Origin: an uncultured Chloroflexia bacterium
GTDB taxonomy: Bacteria > Chloroflexota > Limnocylindria > Limnocylindrales > CSP1-4
Length of the DNA stretch: 62,694 nt
Assembly (NCBI GenBank): GCA_963752475.1
Contig: CAVVYR010000036.1
Span: forward strand, 1 to 62,694
Direction: 5' to 3'
This document shows, one piece after another, positions 1-10,287 of this stretch; within the stretch, counting starts at the first letter, position 1, and every line of letters begins with the position of its first letter. The translations under genes were made by a program, and so were the position numbers. The notes beneath the pieces were generated by a model. The model ran no database searches. It was not told where the DNA came from and saw only the letters and a program-made list of their open reading frames with translations.

Positions 1-674
1 ATGCCGGAGGTCCAGACGCCGTCGATGCTTTGACCGCTGTTGATGACGTCGTTGATCTGCTGGGCGCCGGTAGCCTGGTCCCAACCGGTGAAGGTCTCGG
101 ACACGATGTTGACGTCCGGATACTCCGCCAACGCCCGCTTGAAGCCGTTGTCTCGGTCGGTGTCAGCCTGTGCTCCAGCGATGCCGCGCATGTACACGAC
201 GTCGCCGGCACCACCGATCTGGTCGAACAGCCACTTGGCGCCCATGTAGCCGTATTCTTCCTGGTCATTTGCCATGAGATAGGCGCCGTCCTGCGTCACT
301 CCCATGTCGACGGCGACCACCACGATGCCTTCATCGATGGCCTCGCCGAGAGCGTCGTTGACGGCATCGGGGCTCACGGGGTTGACGATGATGGCATCGA
401 CATCGGCCGCGATGAGGTTGCGCAGATCCTCGAGCTGTCCTGCGGCATCGGTGGTGCGATGGGCGACGATAAGCTCGCCGACCTCGCCCGAGGCCAGTGC
501 CTGGGCTCGGATCGAGCAGATCATCTCCTCGCGCCACCCGTTGCCCTGAAGAGTGTTGGACACGCCCATCTTGTAGCCGTCGTCCTGTGCGACGACCGCG
601 GCCGCGCCGAGGCTGGTGGCGGCCAGCGCAACGGTGGCGGCTCCTGCGAATAGCTTCGCGTACTTGTGATCCAT
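1..674 (-). CDS. Sugar ABC transporter substrate-binding protein (RbsB-like); runs off the window edge
   Basis: Not in the ORF track; read by hand. ATG at 674 follows an AAGGAG SD. Translation MDHKYAKLFAGAATVALAATSLGAAAVVAQDDGYKMGVSNTLQGNGWREEM...DAIIVNP...GIVVVAVD gives a signal peptide plus periplasmic-binding-protein motifs. Confidence 0.88.
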   Translation of the reverse strand, partial: MDHKYAKLFAGAATVALAATSLGAAAVVAQDDGYKMGVSNTLQGNGWREEMICSIRAQALASGEVGELIVAHRTTDAAGQLEDLRNLIAADVDAIIVNPVSPDAVNDALGEAIDEGIVVVAVDMGVTQDGAYLMANDQEEYGYMGAKWLFDQIGGAGDVVYMRGIAGAQADTDRDNGFKRALAEYPDVNIVSETFTGWDQATGAQQINDVINSGQSIDGVWTSG

Positions 675-784
675 GTGACTCCTTGTCCTCCTCACACGAA
701 GGTCGTTTGATGGCCCCTCAGGCGCGACGCGCCGGTGGCCTGGCGTAACAAGTCCGAAATCAGCGTCCCGATCACACCTCCTTG

Positions 785-1597
785 CTATGGCTGACTGACA
801 GGTTCGTCATCGGGCTCGCGGACGATGGTCCGCGCGACACGTCGCGCGTGTTCCCGGTAGGCACTCTCGAAGAGTGCTCGCGAGCGCTCAGCGCCCACGA
901 CGGACGCGCGCGTGATGACAGGTGGCGTCACGCCCTTCTCCACCAGGAGCTGAGCGATGCGCACCTTCAGGGAATTGACGATGGCCACGTAGGCCAGCGT
1001 AGAGCCGGGGCCGACCGGCGTGTCGAGGTCCGGCAGCGTGACCATGGCGTCGGCCTCCGGCGTGCACAGGTCGATGACGATGTCCGCTTCGTCGAGCAGG
1101 CGGCCGCCGACCGCGGGATCTGGCTCCCCCGCGAGGGACTGCTGCACACCGGTCACGGCTACGACCTTACAGCCCCGCTGCCGTGAGCCGCGGGCGACCT
1201 CCACGGGCACGGCGGTGAGGCCGTTGGCGCTGAAGACCACCATCACGTCGTTGCTGCGGAAGCTGAAGTTGTCGAGGATGACCTTGGCCAGGCCCGGCAC
1301 CCGCTCGATGAACATGGCCTGACGCTGACCGTTGGTGCCGACGACATCGAAGTGGTTCGACATCGACAGCTCCACGATGGGGTGGAAGCCCGGGAAGCTG
1401 CCGTAGCGGGGAAACATCTCCTCCACCGGCATGCGGGAGTGACCCGTGCCGAACAGATGCACGAGACCGTCGGTGGCGATGGACTCGGCACACAGCTGGG
1501 CCGTTTGCTCCAGCACGTTCGCCTGACTCGAGACGATGCGCTCGAGCATCGACTCCGCCTCGTCGAACCAGGCGCGGATCCCGTTGAAGTCGGACAT
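785..1597 (-). CDS. SIS (sugar isomerase) domain protein
   Basis: VHLFGTGHS, VVFSANG, VVAVTG and GPGST motifs of the SIS fold; lies in a sugar operon. Confidence 0.85.
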   Translation of the reverse strand: MSDFNGIRAWFDEAESMLERIVSSQANVLEQTAQLCAESIATDGLVHLFGTGHSRMPVEEMFPRYGSFPGFHPIVELSMSNHFDVVGTNGQRQAMFIERVPGLAKVILDNFSFRSNDVMVVFSANGLTAVPVEVARGSRQRGCKVVAVTGVQQSLAGEPDPAVGGRLLDEADIVIDLCTPEADAMVTLPDLDTPVGPGSTLAYVAIVNSLKVRIAQLLVEKGVTPPVITRASVVGAERSRALFESAYREHARRVARTIVREPDDEPVSQP

Positions 1598-1618
1598 GAG
1601 GATGGTTCGTTAGCCTCG

Positions 1619-2533
1619 CTAGCGGATGAATGGGCGGAGCTGATCACGGGCCACGAGGAACCCGCGCTTGATCTTCTCGTCGGTGCCTTCGAACACCTTG
1701 TCCTCGTGCTCGATGATGATGGGGCCGTCGTAGCCGCTGCGGTAGAGCTCCTGGAAGATCTCGCGCCAGGGGGCGTCTCCGAGGCCGGGGATGCGCGGGA
1801 TCTGCCAGCCGATGCCACCGCTGAGCGTGCCTCGCTCGTACAGGCCATCGCGGTCGATCATCACGTCCTTGGCCTGGAAGTGGAGGATGTGGTCGGCGAA
1901 CTCACGGATGAAGCGACCCTGGTCGATCATCAACCAGACGAGGTGGCTGGGATCGTAGTTGAGGCCCACCGTTCCGCCCCACTCCTCGAGGATGCGGCGC
2001 CAGATGTAGGGGCTGTAGGCGATGTTGTGCCCGCCCGGCCACTCGTCGTACGAGAAGATCATGGGGCAGTTCTCGAAGGTCAGCTTGACCCCGTTGTCCT
2101 GCGCGAACTTCACGATGTCCGGCCAGACCTTGAGGGCTTCGTCCCAGTTCTCATCGACGTTCTTGCTGGCGTCGCCCCCGCAGAAGGTATTGGTCACCGG
2201 CAGGCCCATCTTGCCCGTGGCCACGATGACTGACTTGAGGTGATCGATGGCCGCCTGGCGCACCTCGAGGTCGGGGTGCAGCGGGTTGGGGTAGAAGCCC
2301 AGGCCACTGATGTCGAGGCCCTTCTCGGCGATCTCTGCCTTGATCTCGCCGGCCTGCGCGTCGGTCAGGTTGGCGACATCGATGTGGGCCGTGCCGGCGT
2401 ACTTGCGCTTGACGCCGCCGCTCATGGGCCAGCAGGCGATCTCCAGCACCTCGAACTCCGCATCGGCGGCCCACTCAGCCACCTCCATCAGCGGGGTCTC
2501 CGGGAACGGTGCTGTCAGGAACCCGAGCTTCAT
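1619..2533 (-). CDS. Sugar phosphate isomerase/epimerase (xylose-isomerase-like TIM barrel)
   Basis: ENCP, GLNYDPSH, HFQAKD, PGLGD and IIEHED metal-binding motifs; GAGGAG SD. Confidence 0.9.
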   Translation of the reverse strand: MKLGFLTAPFPETPLMEVAEWAADAEFEVLEIACWPMSGGVKRKYAGTAHIDVANLTDAQAGEIKAEIAEKGLDISGLGFYPNPLHPDLEVRQAAIDHLKSVIVATGKMGLPVTNTFCGGDASKNVDENWDEALKVWPDIVKFAQDNGVKLTFENCPMIFSYDEWPGGHNIAYSPYIWRRILEEWGGTVGLNYDPSHLVWLMIDQGRFIREFADHILHFQAKDVMIDRDGLYERGTLSGGIGWQIPRIPGLGDAPWREIFQELYRSGYDGPIIIEHEDKVFEGTDEKIKRGFLVARDQLRPFIR

Positions 2534-2543
2534 GTTCTCCTCC

Positions 2544-3461
2544 TCAATGACAGTACGGGCGCAGCACGTCGCGCGCGATGGTGAAACCGCGCTTCAGCAG
2601 CTCGTCGGTGCCCTCGAAGCCGCGATCCTCGTGTTCGATGATGCAGGGTCCGTCGTAGCCGGCGCGGTAGAGGCTGCGGAAGACCACGCCCCAGTCGACC
2701 GAGCCCAGACCCGGCAGGCGCCGAACCTGCCAGCCCATGCCGTTGGACATGGCCCCGCCGGCTTCGTAGAACGCATCCTGGTCGATGTGCAGATCCTGGG
2801 CCTGGAAGTAGTAGATGTGCTCGCCGAACTCGCCGATCCAGCGCTCCGCGTCGAGTCCCTGCCATATCAGGTGGCTGGGGTCGAAGTTCATGCCCACGGT
2901 GCCGCCCCAGGTCTCGATGATGCGGCGCCATTGTCGGGGCGACCAGGCGAGGTTGTGCCCGGCCGGCCACTCGTCGTAGGTGAAGAGCATGGGACAGTGT
3001 TCGATGCCGATGCGCACGCCATTGTCCTGAGCGAGCTTCACGATATCCGGCCAGACCCTCTGGGCCTCTTCCCAGTTCTCATCAGGGTTCTTGTGCTGGT
3101 CGGCCCCGATGAACGTGTTCACGATCGGTACGCCCAACTTGCGTGCCGCCTCGATCACCGACCTCAGGTGTCCGATGACCTGCTCGCGGTGCTCGGGGTC
3201 GGGATCGAGGGGGTTGGGGTAGTAGCCCAAGCCACTGATGGACAGATCCATCCCCGCCAGCTGGTCGACGATCTCGCGTGCGGCCTCGTCGGACAGGTTC
3301 ACGACATCGATGTGCGACGTGCCCGCGTATCGACGTGCGGCATAGTCGGCCTGCGGCCAGCATGCGACTTCAAGCGTCTCGAAGCCCGCTGACGCCGCCC
3401 ACTTGGCCACGTCCACCAAGGGCGTGTCCTCGAACGGCGCCGTCAGGAAGCCGAGCTTCAC
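2544..3461 (-). CDS. Sugar phosphate isomerase/epimerase, tandem paralog
   Basis: Same motifs (EHCP, NFDPSH, IIEHED); clearly homologous to the neighbouring gene. Confidence 0.9.
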   Translation of the reverse strand: MKLGFLTAPFEDTPLVDVAKWAASAGFETLEVACWPQADYAARRYAGTSHIDVVNLSDEAAREIVDQLAGMDLSISGLGYYPNPLDPDPEHREQVIGHLRSVIEAARKLGVPIVNTFIGADQHKNPDENWEEAQRVWPDIVKLAQDNGVRIGIEHCPMLFTYDEWPAGHNLAWSPRQWRRIIETWGGTVGMNFDPSHLIWQGLDAERWIGEFGEHIYYFQAQDLHIDQDAFYEAGGAMSNGMGWQVRRLPGLGSVDWGVVFRSLYRAGYDGPCIIEHEDRGFEGTDELLKRGFTIARDVLRPYCH

Positions 3462-3498
3462 GTTCCCCTCCTTTGGTTATCTGTGCTAACGATAGCGG

Positions 3499-4653
3499 CT
3501 AGTCCTTGACCTCGACCCAGTGCTCCTCGGCCGCGCTCCTGGTCACGGCGTCACCGACCGTCATCTCGTGATGACCGGCTTCGAACGTGGCATAGAGCGG
3601 ATCCGCGGGGGCGGCCCCGGCAAGCACGGCGCGATAGATCTCACGGAAGTGCGAGCACATGCTGTCGGCGAAGCCCTCGACGTGACCACCGGGGAGGGCG
3701 GTGGCCGCGATGCCGGTCTCGTTCATGAGTTCCGCGCCGCGCTGCAGGATCTCGTTGGGGCGGCCGCGATGTCCGATCCAGAGGTGGTCCGGCGTCTCGC
3801 TGTCCCAGGAGGCGGCGGCACTGGCACCGTCGATCTCCCACTGCACCGAGTTCTTGCGTCCGGCGCTGATCTGGCTGATGGCGACCGAGCCGCGAGCGCC
3901 GTTGGCGTAGCGCAGCAAGATCACAGCCGCGTCATCGGTGGTCATCTCGACCGGTTCGGTGTTGGTTGCGCGCTCCTGACTGAAGGTCTCAACCTCGCCG
4001 ATGGGCTTCTGGCGCACCTTCACGAAGGTCGAGAGGTCGGCCATGACCGACTGGACCTTGAGGCCGGTGATGAAGTTGGTCAGGTCGATCCAGTGGCTGC
4101 CGATATCGCCGACCGCGCGGAGCGTGCCGCCCTTGTCGGGCTCCAGGCGCCAGTTCCAGTCGGTGTCGAGCAGGAGCCAGTCCTGGAAGTAGTGGCCGGT
4201 GATGAAGCGGACGTCGCCCAGCTCGCCGTCGGCGACCATGCGCCGAGCGTGCTGGTTGAGCGGGTAGAAGCGGATGTTGAAGTTGACCGCGGTGATGCGG
4301 TCCGACTTCGCTGCCAGCCCGACGAGCTCGCGCGACTCGTCAGAGGTGACGGCCAGCGGCTTCTCGCAGATGACGTGTTTGCCTGCGGCCAGGATGGCCC
4401 TGACCTGCGGGTAGTGGAACTGATTGGGGGAGGTGACATGGATGATGTCGACGTCCGGGTCGGCCAGGGCGGCATCGAGGTCCGGGTAGCCGTTCGCCAG
4501 GCCCAGGCGGGCGGCCGCTGCCTCTGCCAGCTCCGGCGTCGCGTCGATGACGCCGCGGACGTCGACGCCCAGCCGACGCAGGGCTTCGATGTGCACGGTC
4601 CCGATGAACCCGCTGCCGATGACGGCCGCACCGATGTCGCTGAAGCGCTCCAC
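3499..4653 (-). CDS. Gfo/Idh/MocA family oxidoreductase
   Basis: GSGFIG Rossmann motif, HVICEKP, DIGSHWID. Confidence 0.92.
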   Translation of the reverse strand: MERFSDIGAAVIGSGFIGTVHIEALRRLGVDVRGVIDATPELAEAAAARLGLANGYPDLDAALADPDVDIIHVTSPNQFHYPQVRAILAAGKHVICEKPLAVTSDESRELVGLAAKSDRITAVNFNIRFYPLNQHARRMVADGELGDVRFITGHYFQDWLLLDTDWNWRLEPDKGGTLRAVGDIGSHWIDLTNFITGLKVQSVMADLSTFVKVRQKPIGEVETFSQERATNTEPVEMTTDDAAVILLRYANGARGSVAISQISAGRKNSVQWEIDGASAAASWDSETPDHLWIGHRGRPNEILQRGAELMNETGIAATALPGGHVEGFADSMCSHFREIYRAVLAGAAPADPLYATFEAGHHEMTVGDAVTRSAAEEHWVEVKD

Positions 4654-4745
4654 TGATCCTCCTCCTCAGGAAACCACGAGGTCATCTAGACGGCTAGATG
4701 ACCCCGCCACAATGTATCGACGCACTCGCGTCGCGTCAAACGTAT

Positions 4746-6002
4746 TCATGCCGCTTCCAGTAGGACCGCCGGACGGCCCGAATCGATCCAGCGCGCCAGC
4801 TGGGGCGCACTGAAGAGCTCGTCGAGCACCATCGAGGCACCGCCGATGACGCCGGCGCGGTTGCCCAGGCGTGACAGCTGTACGAGCAGCTCACGGGTGG
4901 CGAGGGCCGTGCTGCGGGCGTAGATGACCTGACGGATCTTGGCCAGATAGGCGTCGCCGGCATGGGCCACGCCCCCGCCGATGACGATCAGCGACGGGTT
5001 GCAGAAGTTGGCCAGGCCGGCCAGCGTCTGGCCCACGAGTCGGGCGCTGTGGTCGAGCAGCCGGACCGAGGCCGGGTCGCCGACGCGGGCAGCCCGGATG
5101 ACCTCGCGTGCAGTGATCCGCCCATGCTTGGCGAGGATGGTCGCCAGTCGTTCGCTCTCTGCGCTCTCGGCGAGGCGCGTGCCTTCGCGTGCGAGTGCCG
5201 CACCTCCGGCATGCGATTCGAGGCAGTCGACCTTCCCGCAGCGGCAGATCTGCTGTTCATCGGCGGCCACCTGGACATGTCCGATGTCGCCGGCACTGCC
5301 CTGGGCGCCACGATGGATGCGGCCGTTGCTCACGAGACCGCAGCCGATACCCGTGCCGACCTTCACGAACAGGTAGTCGTCGTGGCCCTGCGCCAGGCCT
5401 GCCCGCCACTCACCCAGGGCCATGATGTTGACGTCGTTGTCGACCCACACGGGCACCTCGTAGCGGTCTGCGAAGTGCTCCCGAACGGGGTAGCCCTCCC
5501 AGCCGGGCATGATCGGCGGGCTGATGGGGAGACCGGTGCGGAACTCGACCGGGCCGGGAACACCGATGCCCATGCCCCAGAGTTCTCCCGGGGCCTCGTG
5601 CTCCTCGACCAGTCGCCCGAAGAGGGCATCGACCTGCGCCAACACGACTTCGGGCCCCTCGGACACGTCGGCGCGCTCCCCGGTGTGGGCGAGCACCTTG
5701 CCGGTGGCGTCCGCGATGGCGACATCGATGCTGGTGGCACCAACGTCGGCCACGAGGACATGCCCGGCGTCAGCACGGAACTGGAGCTGCCTGGGTGGCC
5801 GGCCGCCGGTGCTGGGCGCGACGGTCTCGATGAGGAACCCACGCGCGAGCAGTTCGTTCACACGTTGCGTCACGACCGCACGCGAGAGCCCGGTGCGCTC
5901 GATCAGTTCAGAGCGGGAGTGGGCACGTCCACCGCGCACGAGCTCGAGGACGGCCACGAAGGCGTCCATCGATTCCCCGGGCACGGGAGGTCGTTCAGGC
6001 AC
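4746..6002 (-). CDS. ROK family transcriptional repressor
   Basis: N-terminal HTH (SRSELIERTGLSRAVVT), STGGRPP, DVGAT, VDNDVN, GTGIGCG, CRCGKVDCLE. Confidence 0.93.
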   Translation of the reverse strand: MPERPPVPGESMDAFVAVLELVRGGRAHSRSELIERTGLSRAVVTQRVNELLARGFLIETVAPSTGGRPPRQLQFRADAGHVLVADVGATSIDVAIADATGKVLAHTGERADVSEGPEVVLAQVDALFGRLVEEHEAPGELWGMGIGVPGPVEFRTGLPISPPIMPGWEGYPVREHFADRYEVPVWVDNDVNIMALGEWRAGLAQGHDDYLFVKVGTGIGCGLVSNGRIHRGAQGSAGDIGHVQVAADEQQICRCGKVDCLESHAGGAALAREGTRLAESAESERLATILAKHGRITAREVIRAARVGDPASVRLLDHSARLVGQTLAGLANFCNPSLIVIGGGVAHAGDAYLAKIRQVIYARSTALATRELLVQLSRLGNRAGVIGGASMVLDELFSAPQLARWIDSGRPAVLLEAA

Positions 6003-6013
6003 CTGTTCAGCAT

Positions 6014-6038
6014 ACTTTTGCGTGTCAAGTGCAAAAGT
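6014..6038. promoter_or_regulatory. Candidate ROK operator ACTTTTGC-N9-GCAAAAGT
   Basis: Perfect 8-bp inverted repeat spanning 25 bp immediately upstream of the ROK gene; AT-rich against a GC-rich background. Confidence 0.65.
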
Positions 6039-6081
6039 CCGTCGCCAGCTTGACCCTTCCGCCCAGCTGGATGCCGAGGGA

Positions 6082-6109
6082 ATGGTATGCGAATGGTAGT
6101 GTCATGGTA
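6082..6109 (+). promoter_or_regulatory. TA operon promoter/operator with three ATGGTA repeats at 11-bp period
   Basis: ATGGTA at 6082, 6093 and 6104; TAGTGT -10-like hexamer just before the ATG at 6109; no SD. Confidence 0.5.
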
Positions 6110-6345
6110 TGAAGACGACGATCGACAAGGCTGGACGATTGGTCATCCCTCGCGGCCTACGGGCGCAGGTCGGCCTGGTGCAGGGCGGTGAGGTCGAGGT
6201 CGGGGTGCACGGTGCCGCCATCCTCATCGAACCCGTGGCGGGAGACGATCTGCTGAAGGACGGCTCGTTCGTGGTGATCCCCAGGACCGGTACCGCAGTC
6301 ACCGACGAGGACGTCCGGGACCTGCGCCTCGCCGACCAGCGCTGA
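6109..6345 (+). CDS. vapB: AbrB/MazE/SpoVT-type antitoxin (VapB-like)
   Basis: MKTTIDKAGRLVIPRGLR swapped-hairpin signature; overlaps the start of the PIN gene. Confidence 0.88.
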   Translation: MKTTIDKAGRLVIPRGLRAQVGLVQGGEVEVGVHGAAILIEPVAGDDLLKDGSFVVIPRTGTAVTDEDVRDLRLADQR

Positions 6346-6761
6346 TGTCCAGTGGCGAGGTCCTGGTCGACACCAGCGTGGCCGTGCCCATCGTCCTCGC
6401 TGACCACGAGGCGCACGACGAGACCATCGATATCGTTCGTGATCAGCGGCTCGGCCTGTCCGGCCACGCCTGGTTCGAGACGTACTCGGTGCTGACGCGG
6501 CTGCCACCCGGTGTCCGGCGATCGCCGGAGGTGGTGCAGGCACTACTGCGGTCGAACTTCCCGGCCGATCGCTTCCTGGATGCTGCTGCCTGCTCCGCGC
6601 TGCCGGCCGAGCTGTCACGACTTGGCATCGCCGGTGGTGCGGTCTATGACGCGCTGGTCGGCGCCGCGGCACGGGCGCACGGGCTGCCGCTCCTGTCGCG
6701 TGACCGCCGTGCGCGCGCGACCTACGAGAAGCTGGGGGTGGACGTCCGCTTCCTCGGCTAA
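6345..6761 (+). CDS. vapC: PIN-domain toxin (VapC)
   Basis: VLVDTSV...ETYSVLTR...GGAVYDALV...SRDRRA acidic PIN motifs. Confidence 0.9.
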   Translation: MSSGEVLVDTSVAVPIVLADHEAHDETIDIVRDQRLGLSGHAWFETYSVLTRLPPGVRRSPEVVQALLRSNFPADRFLDAAACSALPAELSRLGIAGGAVYDALVGAAARAHGLPLLSRDRRARATYEKLGVDVRFLG

Positions 6762-6796
6762 CCCCGGGAGGCGTGGTCTGACGCCCGCTTCCTGGG

Positions 6797-7654
6797 TCAG
6801 CCGAGCTCGAAGGTGGTGATGCCGTAGATGCGAGACTCGGCCACCTCCGGGCGCGAGCCCAGGTACATGCGCGCCGTGCTGAAGACCTCGCGCAACTCGT
6901 GTCGCCGCGCCAGGCCCATGGCGAAGGCGTTGATCTCTGGTACGTCGAGATAGACCGGCTCACCCGGCAGGTATGCGGCAAGCGCGGTGTACAGCGACTC
7001 CGCGATGTCGGTGTCGTCGGCGAAGAGCGGACCGATCTTGCCGCCCGTCGCGCAGCGGCGGATGACACCGTAGCCCTGCACCGTCTCGCCATCGATGGCC
7101 GCGAGCGCGAGGCTCTCCGGCTGTTCGAGCCACGGTCGCAGGAAGCCCTCGCGCCAGGTCGGGAAGCAGCGCCGGTCGTACTCGGCGATCCGCTCGAACG
7201 GCACCTCGGAAGCGGGCACGAGGCCCGGCGCGCGCACCACATCGACGCCCGTGCCCTCGTAGCGGATGGAGCGATGGGCGAACTCGAAGCCGCCCTGCGC
7301 GTACCAGTCCCGCATCTCGAAGACGCCATCCATGCCGATAGCCGCCCCACCGCGCAAGCGCGACTGCAGCAGCCGGACGCGCGCGTGCCAGAGCTGGCTG
7401 CCCAGGCCGCGCCCGCGGAACTCGGGCCGCACGATGAACAGGCCCATGAAGCCGAACTCGCGGTGGTAGCTGGCGATGGTGCCGCCACCGATGAGCTCGT
7501 CGTCCAGCTCGGCCGCGATGAAGGCCTCGGGGTCGGTCTCCCAGAAGATGCGGGCGTCGTGGTGGCCGGGATTCCAGCCCTCGTCGGCAGCCCAGCCCAC
7601 CAGGCGGGCGGCCTCGTCCTCGGTCATCAGTCGCAGCGTCAGCGGTTGGGCCAT
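6797..7654 (-). CDS. GNAT family N-acetyltransferase (tandem GNAT, YitH-like)
   Basis: EGWNPG, FIVRPEFRGRGLG acetyl-CoA motif, KIGPLFAD, YGITTFELG; ATG at 7654 after GGGGAG. Confidence 0.88.
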   Translation of the reverse strand: MAQPLTLRLMTEDEAARLVGWAADEGWNPGHHDARIFWETDPEAFIAAELDDELIGGGTIASYHREFGFMGLFIVRPEFRGRGLGSQLWHARVRLLQSRLRGGAAIGMDGVFEMRDWYAQGGFEFAHRSIRYEGTGVDVVRAPGLVPASEVPFERIAEYDRRCFPTWREGFLRPWLEQPESLALAAIDGETVQGYGVIRRCATGGKIGPLFADDTDIAESLYTALAAYLPGEPVYLDVPEINAFAMGLARRHELREVFSTARMYLGSRPEVAESRIYGITTFELG

Positions 7655-7787
7655 GTCTCTCCCCGTGCTCGCAGGGCCCAAGGATGCCGCACCCGCACCT
7701 GCCGTCACAGCCCCGATATGCGCGCTCGCCTATGCTCGACCCGGCTCGACTTCCGAGCCCTGAAACCGAAGGATCCAAGGAGCCTCC

Positions 7788-8906
7788 ATGCCCCACCGTC
7801 GTCTGCTGGCCGCCGCGGCCGCACTCTCGATGGTCGCTGCCGGCGCGCTGCCGGTCGCGGCCCAGGATGAGGACCGCCCGCTCGGGCCGCCCGACGCCAC
7901 GCCCAACCCGGTCCCGCTCGATACCCCCGCCGGCGACGGCACCGCGGTGCGTCTGACGACGGAGCTCGGCGACGTCGTCATCGGACTCTTCAACGAGTCG
8001 GCGCCGGTGGCGGCAGAGAACTTCTACAACCTCGCGGTCGACGGCTTCTACGATGGCGTCGGCTTCCATCGCATCGCATCCCTGCCTGGGTGGATCGTGC
8101 AGGGCGGAGATCCCGAGGGCACCGGCGCCGGCGGTCCCGGCTACACCATCCCCGACGAGGAGGTAGTGGGCCAGTACGGCCGCGGCATCGTGGCCATGGC
8201 ACGGACAGCACAGCCGGACTCACAGGGCAGTCAGTTCTTCTTCGTCGTGGACGATGAGGCCGAGGGTGCGCTCGAGGCCTACCGCACGTACGTCATCTTC
8301 GGCCGCGTGGTCGAGGGCATGGACGTGGTCGACGCGATCGTCGAGGCCCGTGGGGACAGCGACATCGTCGCCGACCCGGTGCGCATCCTCTCGACCTCGA
8401 TCGAGGAGGTCGAGCTGCCGCCCGAGCCCACGCCCGCCCCACCGACCCCGGCCGAGCTGGCCGCAGACGAGCTGGGTGCGATCATGCCCACAGAGGCCGC
8501 GGGCTACGCGCTGCAGACGAACGTCTTCAGCTTCGACGAGGTCGGAGCGCAGTTCGACCCCGAGGTCGTGGCCGCCCTGCAGGCCAGCGCCGATGAGGCC
8601 GGTGGCGAACTGGAGCTCATGGCCATCGCCCAGGCCAGCGGCCAGGACGCGAATGGCTACGTGAGCATCGCGGCAGCCACGGTCCCGGGCGTGGATGCCG
8701 AGTCGATCCTCGACCCGGTCGCGCAGCTTCTGGTGCCCAACGGCGACCTTGAGAACACCAGCGAGTCCACGTTCGGCGAGCGGACGACCACGGTCATCGA
8801 CCTCGGTGGCGGCCAGGTGGTCCACGTCTTCGCCAGCGGTGACGTGGTCTGGTTCGTGACCACCAGCGTCGACGACGTGGAGTCGATCGTCTCCGCGCTG
8901 CCGTAG
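7788..8906 (+). CDS. Secreted cyclophilin-type peptidyl-prolyl isomerase with an extra C-terminal domain
   Basis: Signal peptide (AVAA-Q type cleavage), GFYDGVGFHR, QGGDP, AMAR, SQFF, FGRVVEGMDVVDAI, then a Pro-rich linker. Confidence 0.88.
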   Translation: MPHRRLLAAAAALSMVAAGALPVAAQDEDRPLGPPDATPNPVPLDTPAGDGTAVRLTTELGDVVIGLFNESAPVAAENFYNLAVDGFYDGVGFHRIASLPGWIVQGGDPEGTGAGGPGYTIPDEEVVGQYGRGIVAMARTAQPDSQGSQFFFVVDDEAEGALEAYRTYVIFGRVVEGMDVVDAIVEARGDSDIVADPVRILSTSIEEVELPPEPTPAPPTPAELAADELGAIMPTEAAGYALQTNVFSFDEVGAQFDPEVVAALQASADEAGGELELMAIAQASGQDANGYVSIAAATVPGVDAESILDPVAQLLVPNGDLENTSESTFGERTTTVIDLGGGQVVHVFASGDVVWFVTTSVDDVESIVSALP

Positions 8907-8922
8907 TCACCCACAGCGAACA

Positions 8923-8965
8923 CAGAGCGGTCGCGCCGTCCTCTGGGGGTAGCGCGACCGTTCTG
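8923..8965. terminator. Hairpin between convergent genes
   Basis: CAGAGCGGTCGCGC...GCGCGACCGTTCTG inverted repeat. Confidence 0.55.
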
Positions 8966-8988
8966 GGTGCGGCGGGGTCGGCGCGGCG

Positions 8989-10182
8989 CTACACCACGCG
9001 GTCGGTGAAGTCGCCGCTCTCGGGGTCCTTGAGGATGAGCTTGGAGCGGCCGTCAGGCAGCAGTTCGCGCTTGATCACGACCTGGCCCTCGTAGATCTCG
9101 GGCTCCTTGCCGATGGGCTCGGTGGTGCCGCCACGCCAGTCGAGCTCGACCGGCTCCCAGCGTCGGCTCGCTGCCGACTTGTAGCACGCGTCCATGATCG
9201 CGTTCACGACGTAGCCGTCGTAGAGCGTCTCCATCGGCTCGCGCCCTTCGTCCATGGCATCGAACATGTCGGTGAACATGTCCGTGTAGCCCAGTTCGGA
9301 GACCTCGTCACCGACGGGGAAGAGCCAGCCGGCATCGGTCTCGGCCTTCTCGGCCACGTAGCCCTGGTCACCCTCGCCGGCGGTGAACATCTCGAAGCCG
9401 GTGCGCAGGAAGTTGTTGATCCAGACGGTGCCACCGGTGCCGGCGACCTCCGTGCGCAGGTCCATACCACCGCGGAAGGTCCAGCTGACCTCGAACTGGC
9501 CGATGGCGCCCGACTCGTACTTCACGAGCGCGACGGCATTGTCCTCGGCGTCGATGGGGTGCACCAGCGTGTCCGTCTGGCACATGACCTCGACGGGGCG
9601 GTTGCCCTTGCCCACGAAGACGCGGGCGATCTCGATGCAGTGGCAGCCGAGGTCGATGATGGCGCCGCCGCCGGTGAGCCGGTGGTCCCAGAACCAGGCC
9701 GAGTGCGGGCCGGGGTGGGCCTCACGCGCTCGGACCCAGGTGATGTCGCCCAGGGCGCCGTCCTCCGCCGAGCGCATGGCCTTTAGCGACTTGGGCGAGT
9801 AGACCAGGTCCTCGAGGTACCCGTGGAAGACGCCGGCCTTCTCGACCGCGTCGAGCATGCGCCGGGCTTCGTCAGCGTTGCGCCCCAGCGGCTTGGTCAC
9901 GAGCACGGCCTTGCCCGCCTCGGCCACCGCCGCGACCGCTTCCTCGTGCAGGAAGTTGGGCAGGGCGACGATGACGGTGTCGGTGTCGGGGTGCTCGATC
10001 GCGGCCGCCATGTCGGTGGTCGACTCAGGGATGCCGTGGCGGGCCTTGAAGGCCTGGCCGCGCTCGTCTGAGCGGGAGTAGACGACCTGGACGCGGTCGC
10101 GGTTGCGCTGACCGTGCAGGGTCGACGTGTAGAAATCACCGATGAGCCCGGTTCCGAGCATCGAGACGTTGTGCTGCTTCAC
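8989..10182 (-). CDS. Gfo/Idh/MocA family oxidoreductase
   Basis: [23 protein letters not shown]; GTG at 10182 after a GGAGG SD. Confidence 0.9.
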   Translation of the reverse strand: MKQHNVSMLGTGLIGDFYTSTLHGQRNRDRVQVVYSRSDERGQAFKARHGIPESTTDMAAAIEHPDTDTVIVALPNFLHEEAVAAVAEAGKAVLVTKPLGRNADEARRMLDAVEKAGVFHGYLEDLVYSPKSLKAMRSAEDGALGDITWVRAREAHPGPHSAWFWDHRLTGGGAIIDLGCHCIEIARVFVGKGNRPVEVMCQTDTLVHPIDAEDNAVALVKYESGAIGQFEVSWTFRGGMDLRTEVAGTGGTVWINNFLRTGFEMFTAGEGDQGYVAEKAETDAGWLFPVGDEVSELGYTDMFTDMFDAMDEGREPMETLYDGYVVNAIMDACYKSAASRRWEPVELDWRGGTTEPIGKEPEIYEGQVVIKRELLPDGRSKLILKDPESGDFTDRVV

Positions 10183-10287
10183 AGCGTTACCTCCACCTGA
10201 AGTTCGTGGCTCGATCGTACGCCTCGGAAGGACACGTCGGCCGATCACCGATGTCCTGGTTGTATCGGACAGCCGGCCCCAAGTGCC

